From the NCBI GenBank assembly GCA_963792265.1, contig CAWBVP010000015.1, forward strand, positions 160,742 to 224,741: 64,000 nucleotides of DNA, read 5' to 3'. The notes beneath the pieces were generated by a model. That model searched no databases. It worked only from the letters and a program-made list of their open reading frames with translations, and was not told where the DNA came from. The translations under genes and the position numbers were made by a program. Shown one piece after another: positions 53,761 through 64,000 of the stretch. Each line of letters opens with the position of its first letter. Within the stretch, counting starts at the first letter, position 1. This stretch comes from an uncultured Gemmatimonadales bacterium (GTDB taxonomy: Bacteria > Gemmatimonadota > Gemmatimonadetes > Gemmatimonadales > GWC2-71-9).

Positions 53761-55960
53761 GTGTCCTCTCCAGACCAGAGCTCCGGCATGTCTCGTTCTA
53801 CCCGCCGTCGCCCGACCATCGTGCTCGCACTGCTCATTTCGCCCGCGCTGCTGCCCGCTCAGACTACCGTTAAGCCCGGTGCGCCCGAGCCACCCGTCGC
53901 CAAACAGGTCGCTCACACCGACACCGTCGCCGGCGTCGCCTGGCCCGACCCCTACGCCTGGATCCGGGACGACAAGCGCGAGCGGCCCGAAGTGCTGGCC
54001 TATCTCCGGTCCGAGAACGACTACACCGCGGCGATGACCCGCCACACCCTGCCGCTGCAGGAGCAGCTGTTCAAGGAGATGGTGGGCCATATAAAGGAAA
54101 CCGACCTGTCGGTGCCCGAGCTGGACAACGGGTACTACTACTACACCCGCACGGTGAAGGGCCAGCAGTACCCCATCTTCTGCCGCAAGCGGGGCAGCCT
54201 CTCCGCTCCGGAACAGATCCTGTTGGATGAGAACGCGCTGAGTCGCGGGCACGGGTATTCCCGGGTCGGGGTCAGACAAGTCAGCCCCAACGGCAACCTG
54301 CTGGCCTACACCCAGGACACCACCGGCTCGGAGTGGTACACCGTCTACGTCAAGAATCTGCGCACCGGCAAGCTGCTCCCCGACAAGATCGACAGCGTGA
54401 GCTACGGGCTCGAGTGGGCGGCCGACAACCGCACCCTCTTCTTCACCCGCGACAACGCCGCGCACCGGCCCGACCGCATCTTCCGCCGCGCGCTGGGTGA
54501 CAGCGCCGTCACCCTGGTGGTGAGCGAGCCCGACTCGCTCTACTTCCTCGGCCTGGGCAAGTCCAAGGACAGAGCCTATCTCCTGGCGGACAGCCGGAGC
54601 TACACCACCGGCGAGGTGCGCTACCTGCCCGCCGCCCAGCCCACCGCCGAGTGGAAAGTCCTCCTCCCCCGCCGCGAGGGCGTCGAGTACTCGGCCGAGC
54701 ATCATGGCGACGACTTCCTGGTGCTGACCAACGATGGGGCGATCAACTTCAAGGTCATGCGGGTGCCGGCCGGCAATCCCGAGCCGTCGAACTGGACCGA
54801 GCTGGTTCCCGCCAGCGACTCCGCTTTGATCGAGGGCATGGACGTGTTCCAGGGCCACCTGGTTTTGTATCGCCGGGGCGACGCCCGGCAGCAGATCCGG
54901 GTGCTCCCGTTCGACGGCAAGACCGCGGCGTACGATGTGGACTTTCCCGAGGTGGTGCACGGCTACGATGTGGCCCGGAACCCCGAGTTCCACACCCGCA
55001 CCCTGCGCTTCACCTACAGCTCGCCCCGCACCCCGCCCACGGTCTACGACTACGACCTGGTCACCCGGAAGCGCACCGTGCGCAAGGTGACCGAAGTGCC
55101 GAACTTCGCCTCCAGCAACTACGTCACCGAGCGGGTCTGGGCCCCGGCCTCCGACGGGGTGAAGGTGCCCATCTCTCTTCTATATAGAAGGACGCTGCGG
55201 AAGGGCACGCCCCATCCCATGCTGCTCTACTCCTACGGCTCCTACGGCGCCAGCTCCGATCCCGACTTCAGCGTCCGGGTGCTGCCGCTGGTGGACCGGG
55301 GATATGTGTACGCTATCGCGCACATCCGCGGCGGGCAGGAGATGGGGCGGCCCTGGTACGATCAGGGCAAGATGCTGAAGAAGAAGAACACCTTCACCGA
55401 CTTCATTGCCGCCGCCGATTATCTGGAGAAGTCCGGCTGGACCTCCGCCGACCGGCTGGCGATCCGGGGCATCAGCGCCGGCGGGCTGCTCATGGGCGCG
55501 GTGACCAACCTGCGTCCCGATCTCTTCAAGGTCGTCATCGCCGACGTGCCCTTCGTGGATCTCATCAACACCATGCGCGATCCCACCCTGGAGTTCACCA
55601 CCCAGGAGTGGCAGCAGTGGGGCAACCCCAATGTGCCGGACCAGTTCGCCTACATGCGCTCCTACTCGCCCTACGACAACGTGGAGCGGAAGGACTATCC
55701 CGCCATCCTGGCGACGGCCGGGCTCAACGATCCCCGGGTCAACTACTGGGAGCCCGCCAAGTGGGTGGCCAAGCTGCGGGCGATCGAAGACCGACAGCAA
55801 TCCGCTCCTGCTCAAGATCAACATGGGTGCGGGACACGGCGGCCGGTCGGGCCGCTACGAGGCGCTGCGCGACGAAGCCTTCCGCTACGCGTTCGTCCTG
55901 GACCAGATCGGTACCGGGCCCGGTAGCGTAGTCACCGAGCGGCGGGCGCTGACCCCCTGA
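53761..55960 (+). CDS. ptrB: Oligopeptidase B (S9A prolyl oligopeptidase family); frame break ~55785
   Basis: WPDPYAWIRDDKRERPEVLAYLRSENDYT, YYYYTRTVKGQQYPIFCRK, the catalytic GISAGGLLMG, DVPFVDLINTM, SYSPYDNV, and NMGAGHGGRSGRYE in the shifted frame. Confidence 0.9.
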
Positions 55961-55971
55961 GCTGGCTGGTC

Positions 55972-57050
55972 CTATTGGGCGATCTTGTCCAGCACCAGCG
56001 CTAGCGGCTTCTCGGACTCCGGCACCGGCGCGGGGCACTCTTTGCGCCGGACCTGCCACAGCCGCTCCGCGAGATCGAGGTTCTGCTCCACCATCCGGTA
56101 TCGCGAGACTCGTCCCCGGATGTCGCTGTGGCCGCACTGCGGGCGCTGTCCGCGAGCACTCGCACCGGCTCGACGGCGGCACAGCTATCCGCGGACCGCG
56201 CGGTAAGCTGGAGCAGAGCCAGGCTCCGGCGGTACTGCTCCTTGATTCCGAGGCCCCGCTGGGTCGGATCGAGACCCAGCACCTGGTTGGTCCGAGCCAG
56301 CCCGGCCGCGACCGCGGGGTTGTCCGGATCCAGCCGGGCCGCCGTGGTAAAGTCGGCCAGCGCCGTCCGGTAGTTGCCCCGCTCGAATTCCGCCTCACCC
56401 AGTCCCGCGTAGGCGTCCGCGTTGCGGCGATCGTGTCGCAGAATCTCCCGGAAGATCTGCATGGCACTCGACGGCGCCCCCGCGGCCGTGAGCAGGTGCG
56501 CGATACGAGCCTGGGTCGCCAGGTCGCCCGGCGCCTCCCGCTGGAGCGGAAGCAGCTCCGCCAGCAGGTCTTCCCGGAGCGAATCCTGCCGAGCCAGCAG
56601 CTCCACCAGCTCGAACCGGGCCCTGATCCGGTTCCGGGCCGGGTCATTGTCCCACTGGCCGTAGATCGCACGGTGATAGTAGGAGATCGCCCGGGGCAGC
56701 TTCCCCTCCCGGGCCAGCGCCCGGGCCATGATCAGGCTGGCGCCCGCATCGGCCGGGTCGTGCTGTAGCCGGTCGGTGGCCACCGCTTCCGCATCCTCCA
56801 CCTTCCCCGCCGACAACAAGCCCCACGCGAGCGCCCGCTGATACACCGGATTGCTGCGCTCGGCTGCCACCGCGCCCCGGAACCGATCCACGGCGTCGAG
56901 CGTCTGACCCCGGCTGGCCAGCTTGAGGCCTTCGACATAGAGGTGCCGCGCCTGCGATCGGCTCTCGCCCCGATCGATGCTGGCCAGGAACAGGTCCAGG
57001 GTGAACAGCGCCGCGATGGCCAGGAAGATCAGCGCGAAGGTTCCCACGAA
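55972..57050 (-). CDS. TPR-repeat protein with an N-terminal TM anchor; frame break near the 3' end; start approximate
   Basis: VGTFALIFLAIAALFTLDLFLA, then TPR-like YQRALAWGLLSAGKVEDAE, ISYYHRAIY, and NADAYAGLGEAEFERGNYRTALADFTTAARLDPDN. Ends ..LALVLDKIAQ. Confidence 0.7.
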
Positions 57051-57103
57051 GGAGGCGGCCTCGACGGCGGCAAGGCCCGGGTCTGCTGGGGAGTGCTCAC
57101 GGC

Positions 57104-58820
57104 TCAGCCGGAGTCGCTGGAATTCCGGGCCACGCCAAACGCTTGCAGAATGTCCTCCAGGGTCACCACGCCGAGCAGATGGCGGATGTTGGAGCGGCTC
57201 ACCACCGGCAGCACGTTGTAGCGCATCACTCCCATCCGTTCCAGCGCGACCGAGAGGCTGTGATCGGGATGGACGTGAGGCAGTCCAGCGGAGTCGGCCC
57301 GATGGGGTGAGGGACGCTCGCGCAGGAGCGCGGCCAGCCGGTCGTCCGTCCGTCCGCTCGCGGATCCCCGTCTCCAGATCGATTCGGTCCACCATCCCAT
57401 GCAGCCCGCTCTCGTCCACCACCGGCCAGGCATCCAGCGCGCTCGCTCGGCTCCGCGCCAACGCCTCGCCCAGGGTGGTCTCGGGCGACAGCGTCTCCGT
57501 CGGCTTCCGCATGGCGCTGGTGACCCGGATCCGGCCCGGCGCGCGGAATTCACCGCTGGGGAGGTGAATGCCGTCCTGCCGGGCCAGCGCCTCGTAGATC
57601 GGCTCCGGCTGCAGCCGCTGCGAGATGAAGTAGGCGATGAGGTTGGAGATCATCAGCGGCACGATGATCGTGTAGTCCCGGGTCACCTCGAAGATCATGA
57701 TGACGGAGGTCAGCGGCGTGCGGACGATGCCGGCGAACGCCGTGCCCATGCCGACCAGCGCGTAGGCGCCGGGGCCGGCGGTGTAGTCGGCAGCAGCAGA
57801 TGGGCGATGCTGCCGACCGACGCCGCCCACCATCGCGCCGATGAAGAGGCTCGGTCCGAAGATGCCGCCGGCATTGCCCGAGGCGTAGCAGACCGCGGTC
57901 GCGATGATCTTGAGCACCGCCAGGATCACCACCACCTGCAGCACCATATCGCCGGCCAGCACCTGCTCGACGTAGGTCGTAGCCGACGCCGAGCACCTCG
58001 GGGACGAAGTAGCCCAGCACGCCGACCGTCAGTCCGCCGACGACCGGCTGGAGCCAGCGCGGTGTCGCCGCGGGGCAGTCGAGGAACCGCTGCCGCAGGC
58101 CGAGCAGCAGCTTGACGAAGAGCGACCGAGCCGAATCCGCCGACGACGCCGAGCACCGCGTAGGCGACGAACTCGAGCGGGCTGCACCAGGTGATAGCCG
58201 GCGACGTGGAACAGCGGCTCGTCGCCCAGCACCAGGTGCAGCACCATCCAGGACGTCGCCGAGGTGAGCACGACCGAGCCGAGGATGGCGCGTGGAGGTC
58301 GCCCATGATCTCTTCGAGCGAGAACAGCACCGCCGCGATCGGCGTGTTGAAGGCCGCCGCCAGCGCCGCCGCGCGCGCCGACCGGAACCAGCGCCTTGAC
58401 CTGCTCCTTGCTGAGGCCGAGCCGCCGGGCGATCACCGAGGCGAGCCCGGCGCCGATCTGGACCGAGGGCCCTTCGCGTCCCAGCGCGATCCCGCTCGCC
58501 AGCGAGGCCGAGCAGCAGAAGAACTTGCCGACCACGGTGCGGAAGGCGATCTGGCCGTCGCGGATGAACGAGCGCGGCTTGGTCTGGGGAATGCCGCTGC
58601 CGCGGGCGTCCGGGAAGTAGCGGAAGAGCAGGTAGCCGGTGACGAGCGAGCCCAGCGTCGGCACCAGCACCCGGCGCCAGGCCGCGCCTCCGGCAGGATA
58701 CATCCGCGCCGCCAGCCGGCCGGTGAGCAGAATGAAGGCGACGACGACCAGGCCGACCAGCGCGCCGATCACGAGGCTGAGAACCAGGGCGAGCTGATGT
58801 TCCCGCGCGCCGAAGATCAT
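57104..58820 (-). CDS. ClC-family chloride channel/antiporter with a C-terminal CBS pair; at least 6 frame breaks
   Basis: GSGIPQTK, GKFFCCSASLASGIALGREGPSVQIGA, FNTPIAAVLFSLEEI, GNAGGIFGPSLFIGAMVG, and TPLTSVIMIFEVTRDYTIIVPLMISNLIAYF. The CBS pair has LDAWPVVDESGLHGMV and VLPVVSRSNIRHLLGVVTLEDIL. Confidence 0.9.
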
Positions 58821-58955
58821 CCAGCCACTGGAGGAGCTTATCGATCATGAGCTGCATTCAAATCGTCTACCGGGAGCCAGGGCAAGCTCGGCTGATTGCG
58901 CCGCTTCGGTGCGCCGCGTATCCTGGGGGTATTCCACCACAGGTGACCTGCATAG

Positions 58956-60366
58956 ATGAAGCGCGTAGCCGGTGCAACCCTCCTTGGGCTCGTTGCTCTC
59001 GTGGCCGGCTCCGCCGCCGCTCAGGGCCAATCGCCGCGCGCCCGAGCTCGGCCGGCTGAGCCGCTCGCTGGAGTCGGCGGTATCCAAGGTGGCGCCCGCG
59101 GTGGTGCAGATCCGGGTGACCGCGTACGGACCGGTGAGCGGCGGAGCGACCGCGCCCGGTGCCCTGATCGGCACCCAGCGGAGCACCGGGTCCGGCGTGG
59201 TGCTGAGCCCGGACGGGTTCATCGTCACCAACGCGCACGTGATCGAGGGAGGCCGGCGCTTCGTGGTGGTGCTGCCCCGGCCCGCCATCGCCGGCATGCC
59301 CGGCCGCTCGGCGCTCGCGCCGGTGTCGCAGGAAGTTCCCGCCACCCTGGTGGGGACCGACTCGGAGACCGATCTCGCCATCCTCAAAGTGGCGCTGACC
59401 GATCTGCCCTTCGCCAAGCTGGGAGACTCGGACTCGCTGGCGCCGGGGCAGGTGGTGCTCGCGTTCGGCAGCCCCTTCGGGTTCGCCAGCAGCGTCACCA
59501 TGGGTGTGATCAGCGCGGTCGGCCGCCAGCTGCGCGATGAAGACCGGATGATCTATCTCCAGACCGACACCCCGATCAATCCGGGCAACAGCGGAGGCCC
59601 GCTGGTGAGCGACGAGGGGCAGGTCGTGGGAATCAATACCCTGATCTACAGCCAGTCCGGCGGCAGTGAGGGGATCGGCTTCGCGGCGCCCAGCAACATC
59701 GTGCGTTTCGTCTACGAGCAGATCCGGACCAGTGGTCGGGTCCGCCGGGGCGAGATCGGGGTCTTTGCCCAGACCATCACGCCGGGGATGGCGGACGCAC
59801 TTCGCTTGCCCCGCCAGTGGGGTGTGGTGCTGGGGGATGTCTATCCCAACGGCCCGGCGGCCAAGGCCGGGCTCCGGGTCGGCGATGTCATTTTCTCGAT
59901 CAATGGGAAGCCGATGGAGAACGGGCGCCAGTTCGATGTCACCCTGTATCAGCGCCTGGGCAGCAAGGTGAGTCTCGACGTGGGCCGAGGGCTCCAGCGG
60001 CTGACGCTGCAGGTCCCGGTGGCGGAGCGCCAGGACGAGGCCGACCGCTTTCGCGCCATGGTGACGCCGGAGCAGAACCTCATCGCCCGGCTCGGCGTCC
60101 TCGGCCTGAATCTCACCCCGGAGCTGGTCCGGCTGATCCCCGGCGTGCGGGATTCCCATGGCGTCGTCGTCGCCGGGGTGGCCGCCGACGCGCAAGGCCA
60201 GTCCGGGCCGCTGCCCGGCGACGTGATCTACGGGATCAACGGTGAGGCGGTGCGAACCCTGGGCGATCTGCGGACTGCCGTAGGCCGGATCGCACCCGGC
60301 GGCACCGCGGTGCTCCAGGTGGGTCGGGAGGGGCAGCTTCGTTTCATCACCCTGAGCCTGGAGTGA
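58956..60366 (+). CDS. HtrA/DegP (Do-family) serine protease with two PDZ domains; frame break ~59040
   Basis: Signal MKRVAGATLLGLVALVAGSAAAQG. Contains GSGVVLSPDGFIVTNAHVI, TDLAILKV, TDTPINPGNSGGPLV, and PDZ segments GVVLGDVYPNGPAAKAGLRVGDVIFSING and GDVIYGINGEAV. Confidence 0.9.
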
Positions 60367-61247
60367 CCATGGCAGATGGGCAGCCGGCGGCCCGCGATGC
60401 GCTTTTTGCCGGCTCTATCCCCGAGTATTACCACCGCCATCTCGGGCCGCTCCTCTTCGCCGGTTATGCCGGCGACCTCGCCGGGCGGCTCCGCTCGCTT
60501 CCCGCCAACGACGCCTCGGTGCTCGAGCTGGCGGCCGGAACCGGCATCCTCACCGAGCGGCTCCGGCGCCATCTGCCTCCCGAAGTTCGTCTCACTGCCA
60601 CCGACCTGAATGCCCCCATGCTGGACGTTGCCCAGCGGCGCATGGCCGGCGCGGGGGCGGCGGGCATCACCTGGAAGGTGGCCGATGCCGGCAGCCTTCC
60701 GTTCCGCGACGAATGCTTCGACGCCGTCGATCTGCCAGTTCGGCGTGATGTTCTTCCCCGACAAGCCGCAGGCGGCGCGGGAGACCTACCGGGTGCTCCG
60801 GCCGTCGGGCCAGTGGCTGTTCAATGTCTGGGGCTCGTGGGAGGAGAACTCGTTTGCGCGGATCGTGCACGAGGCGATCGCCGGGTTCTTCCCCGCCGAT
60901 CCGCCGCAGTTCTACCGGGTGCCCTTCGGGTTCCACGATCCGGTGGCACTGCGCCAGTTGGTGCTCGACGCCGGGTTTCCCGAGCCCGAGATCACCACCC
61001 TGAACCGCACCGTGGGGCGCCGTCGGCCGCCGAAGCGGCAATCGGGATCGTGCGGGGCAACCCGGTCATCGCCGCCATCGAGGAGCGGGGCGGCGACCCT
61101 GAGGCCATTATAAGGAAGGTGGCCGAGTCGCTGGCCCGGGTCTTCGGGGACTACCCGCTCCGGATGCCCACCTGCGTGCGCGTAGTGGCGGCCTACCGGC
61201 CTAAATTTGAGAGCAAGAATCGGAGTGCGACGAGTAACCGGCGCTGA
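60363..61247 (+). CDS. Class I SAM-dependent methyltransferase; 2 frame breaks (~60730, ~61020)
   Basis: VLELAAGTGILTERL (motif I), ATDLNAPMLDVA, FDAV..CQFGVMFFPDK, and YRVLRPSGQWLFNVW. Confidence 0.8.
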   Translation: MTMADGQPAARDALFAGSIPEYYHRHLGPLLFAGYAGDLAGRLRSLPANDASVLELAAGTGILTERLRRHLPPEVRLTATDLNAPMLDVAQRRMAGAGAAGITWKVADAGSLPFRDECFDAVDLPVRRDVLPRQAAGGAGDLPGAPAVGPVAVQCLGLVGGELVCADRARGDRRVLPRRSAAVLPGALRVPRSGGTAPVGARRRVSRARDHHPEPHRGAPSAAEAAIGIVRGNPVIAAIEERGGDPEAIIRKVAESLARVFGDYPLRMPTCVRVVAAYRPKFESKNRSATSNRR

Positions 61248-61273
61248 TAGACTGGTTTCGTGAGAATGACCCG

Positions 61274-62356
61274 ATGAAAAGAACGCCGGTGAAAGGAACC
61301 CCGATGAGCATGTCAGCCCAGAGCGATCCCCGTTGGGCCTCCGTCTTGGCGCGATCAGCGGCGGCGGACGGCTCCTTCTTCTACTCCGTGAAGACCACCG
61401 GAGTCTACTGCCGCCCCTCCTGCCCCTCGCGCCGGGCCCGTCCCGAGAACGTGAGCTTTCACGCCACTCGGCAGGAGGCCGAGGCGGCCGGCTTCCGCGC
61501 CTGCAAACGGTGCAAGCCGGACCAGCCGTCGCTGCTGGAGGAGCGGACGGCGATGATCACCGATGCCTGCCGCTTCATCGAGAGCGCGGCCGAGGCTCCC
61601 CGCCTGGAGCAGCTGGCCGCCCGCGCGGGCGTGAGCACTTTCTACTTCCACCGGGTGTTCCGGGCGATCACCGGGCTCACGCCGAGGGCGTATGCGGCGG
61701 CCCACCGGGGTAAGCGGGTGCGGAAGGAGCTGGCCAAGGCCGGCTCGGTGACATCCGCGATCTATGAGTCGGGCTACAACTCCAATGGCCGGTTCTATGG
61801 CGAGTCGCCGGGCGTGCTGGGCATGGCGCCGACCACCTATCGCGCCGGCGGCGCCAACGTCGACATCCACTTCGCGGTGGGCGAGTGCTCGCTGGGCTCC
61901 ATTCTCGTGGCCCGGAGCGAGGTCGGCGTCTGCGCCATCTATCTGGGCGACGATCCCGATGCGCTGGTCCGCGAGCTCCAGGATCGGTTCCCTCGGGCCC
62001 GGCTGATCGGCGGCGACACCGAGTTCGAGAAGCTGGTGGCGCAGGTCGTGGGGTTTGTGGAGGCTCCGGCCGTGGGACTGGATCTCCCGCTCGACGTCAG
62101 GGGCACCGCGTTCCAGCAGCGGGTGTGGCAGGCGCTGCGGGAGATTCCGGCCGGGTCCACCGCCACGTACAGCGACATCGCCGGGCGGATCGGCGCTCCC
62201 AAGGCGGTGAGGGCGGTGGCGCAGGCGTGCGCCGCCAATCCGGTCGCAGTAGCGATCCCGTGTCACCGGGTGATCCGGACCGACGGAGGGCTATCGGGCT
62301 ATCGCTGGGGAGTCGAGCGGAAGCGGGAGCTGCTGCAGCGGGAGGCCGGGCGGTGA
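61274..62356 (+). CDS. ada: Bifunctional Ada regulator / O6-methylguanine-DNA methyltransferase
   Basis: Intact 360-aa ORF. The Ada zinc site is YCRPSCPSRRARPENV..FRACKRCKP, the AraC HTH is GVSTFYFHRVFRAITGLTP, and the MGMT active site is AVAIPCHRVIRTDGGLSGYRWG. Confidence 0.92.
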   Translation: MKRTPVKGTPMSMSAQSDPRWASVLARSAAADGSFFYSVKTTGVYCRPSCPSRRARPENVSFHATRQEAEAAGFRACKRCKPDQPSLLEERTAMITDACRFIESAAEAPRLEQLAARAGVSTFYFHRVFRAITGLTPRAYAAAHRGKRVRKELAKAGSVTSAIYESGYNSNGRFYGESPGVLGMAPTTYRAGGANVDIHFAVGECSLGSILVARSEVGVCAIYLGDDPDALVRELQDRFPRARLIGGDTEFEKLVAQVVGFVEAPAVGLDLPLDVRGTAFQQRVWQALREIPAGSTATYSDIAGRIGAPKAVRAVAQACAANPVAVAIPCHRVIRTDGGLSGYRWGVERKRELLQREAGR

Positions 62357-63144
62357 GCGACGGCGGACGGGTGGTCATCCTGAGCGGAGCGAGGAGCCGA
62401 GCCCAGTCGGACGGCCTCATCGGCGATCCCGGATCGATTGAGCCGGCCGCTTCGCTCCGCTCGGATGACTCCCTTACGCGCGACCTCGATGCCCGCGGCA
62501 ACGCGGTGCTCGAAGGTCTCCTCTCACCCGACCAGTGCCGGTCGCTCGCGGCGCTGTATCCGCGCGCCGACCTGTTTCGCAGCCGAGTGGTCATGGCCCG
62601 GCACGGCTTCGGTCGAGGCGAGTACCAGTATTTCAACTACCCGCTCCCCGATCTGATCGCCGAACTTCGCACGGCACTGTATTCCCGCCTTGCCCCCATC
62701 GCCAATCGCTGGAACCAGGCCATGGGCATCGACGTGAGCTACCCACCGGAGCACGCCGACTTCATCGCCCGCTGCCACGCGGCCGGACAGACCAAGCCGA
62801 CGCCGTTGCTGCTGCAGTATCAGGTCGACGACTACAACTGCCTGCATCAGGACGTCTACGGCGAGCACGTCTTTCCGCTCCAGGTCGCGGTTCTGCTGTC
62901 TCAGCCGGGGCGGGACTTCACCGGTGGCGAGTTCGTGATGACCGAGCAGCGACCCCGGATGCAATCGCGGGCAGAGGTGGTGCCGCTGCAGCAGGGAGAT
63001 GCGGTGGTGTTTACGGTGCGCAACCGGCCGGTGCAGGGAAGTCGCGGGATGTATCGGGTCAACCTCCGGCACGGCGTGAGCCGGATCCGGTCGGGGCCAG
63101 CGGCATACCTTGGGCATCATCTTTCACGACGCGCCAATGATGTG
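62353..63144 (+). CDS. 2OG-Fe(II) oxygenase family protein (not canonical AlkB); frame break at CC 63097-63098; true start probably downstream of the hairpin element
   Basis: FRSRVVMARHGFGRGEYQYFNYPLPDLIAELR, CLHQDVYGEHVFPLQVAVLLSQPGRDFTGGEFVMTEQRPRMQSR, and RHGVSRIRSG|QRHTLGIIFHDAPMM-stop. Confidence 0.78.
62374..62469. repeat. REP/MITE-like inverted-repeat element
   Basis: GTCATCCTGAGCGGAGCGAGG at 62374-62394 pairs with CTTCGCTCCGCTCGGATGAC at 62450-62469 (reverse complement GTCATCCGAGCGGAGCGAAG). The arms are ~20 bp and the loop is ~55 nt. Confidence 0.7.
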
Positions 63145-63177
63145 ACGGCCGCGGCGGTTCTCGTCGGCTAAACAAAC

Positions 63178-63206
63178 GGCCCGCCTCGCGGCGGGCCTTC
63201 ATTTTT
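63178..63206 (+). terminator. Rho-independent terminator of the ada operon
   Basis: GGCCCGCC-TCGC-GGCGGGCC followed by TTCATTTTT. Confidence 0.8.
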
Positions 63207-63548
63207 GATATTGGCTTGACGGCAACCCGGCCCCTCGCTCGATGGTCTCGGAGCGCCGGCTTGGCGTCCGACGCGAACGTAATCATAACGGTCCGCCCGT
63301 GAGGGCGGACCGTATGTGCAGCCAGCCGCCGCTTCGTCCCCTTCCATGATCCACGATCTCGGGTCCGCCCTCGTGACGGCGATCACAACTGGATGCGGTC
63401 TATGAGCTTAGCTATAGAGCTAGATTACAGCGAGCTCGTAGTACGCCCTTTAGTTGTGAAATCCGCGCCCGAGGAGTTTGCCGTTGAATATTCCCGGATT
63501 GCGCCGCGGCGAACCGGCCCGCAATATAGGGCATCCTCCCTGGACGGG

Positions 63549-64000
63549 ATGTCTCCCGGCGGCTGCATGACCACGACCATTACCTGTCTCCAGTGTGGGG
63601 GCTCCCTCGGCCCCGCAGACCGCTTCTGCGCCCAGTGCGGTGCGGAGCTCCTGTGGTGCGCCAGCTGTGGCGAGTTCCTGCTGCAGGCGGAGCAGTCCTG
63701 TCCCAAGTGCGGCACGCCCGGCATTCCCCGTCCGGAGTCTCATACCATTCCCTACGAGCTGACCGAGGCCGATTCACCCTGGGCCGAAGTGGTCTCCCGC
63801 TCGAAGCGCGCCACCCTGGGCGAGTTCGAGATCGGGCACGAGCTGGGCCGCGGCGGAATGGCCGCGGTGTTCCTCGCCCACGAGCTGTCGCTCCATCGCG
63901 ACGTGGCCATCAAGGTGATGTCGCCCGGCCTGCTCATGGGCGACGGGATGATCGAGCGCTTCCGCCGCGAGGCGATCACCATCGCCCACCTCAATCACCC
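63549..64000 (+). CDS. Ser/Thr protein kinase with an N-terminal double zinc ribbon; partial, runs off the right edge
   Basis: CLQCG..CAQCG and CASCG..CPKCG, then FEIGHELGRGGMAAVFLAHELSLHRDVAIKVM (glycine loop and VAIK lysine). The start is the ATG at 63549 or 63567. Confidence 0.85.
   Translation, partial: MSPGGCMTTTITCLQCGGSLGPADRFCAQCGAELLWCASCGEFLLQAEQSCPKCGTPGIPRPESHTIPYELTEADSPWAEVVSRSKRATLGEFEIGHELGRGGMAAVFLAHELSLHRDVAIKVMSPGLLMGDGMIERFRREAITIAHLNH

Noticed and set aside
63288-63313. Second hairpin ACGGTCCGCCC-GTGA-GGGCGGACCGT as a terminator.
   Set aside because: There is no U-tract on the plus strand and no minus-strand gene for which it could serve. It may be a stabilising or regulatory stem in the kinase upstream region, but I cannot support a specific call.

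Overview
High-G+C bacterial chromosomal segment. The gene content looks like a Gemmatimonadota/Acidobacteriota-type Gram-negative, but that is inference only. I count about 55 protein genes, one intact tRNA-Ile(GAU) and two tRNA-Ile-derived remnants. The left third is housekeeping: lepA, mfd, two parvulin/SurA-type chaperones, pdxA, hisG-hisZ, hisD and typA. The tRNA-Ile at 21.7 kb is followed by two cargo segments, each closed by a copy of the tRNA 3' part plus a related terminator hairpin. Segment 1 carries a PD40 lipoprotein and a CadC/TPR regulator; segment 2 carries a membrane protein and a molybdenum-cofactor oxidoreductase module (iorAB-xdhC-mocA). The middle is a stress/accessory mix: trpS, alkA, a PQQ dehydrogenase, two tandem-USP genes, a DksA-type zinc finger, mgtE, a GAF-kinase/OmpR/CBS operon and a lipoprotein NirK. 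The right third holds an FAD oxidoreductase, DUF885, an ORF-poor 2.5 kb stretch with a ~21-nt periodic CGGCC array, oligopeptidase B, a ClC channel, HtrA, ada plus a 2OG oxygenase, and the start of a Ser/Thr kinase. The dominant technical feature is roughly 60-75 single-base reading-frame breaks (hand estimate) in about 35 genes, including essential ones. The junctions I resolved by hand are one-base homopolymer extensions, so I treat them as sequence errors, merge the ORF fragments and give whole-gene coordinates; ends are approximate where stated. I found no convincing novel multi-gene system: no CRISPR, reverse transcriptase, integrase, toxin-antitoxin or defence signatures. The most unusual structures are non-coding repeats, described in the findings.
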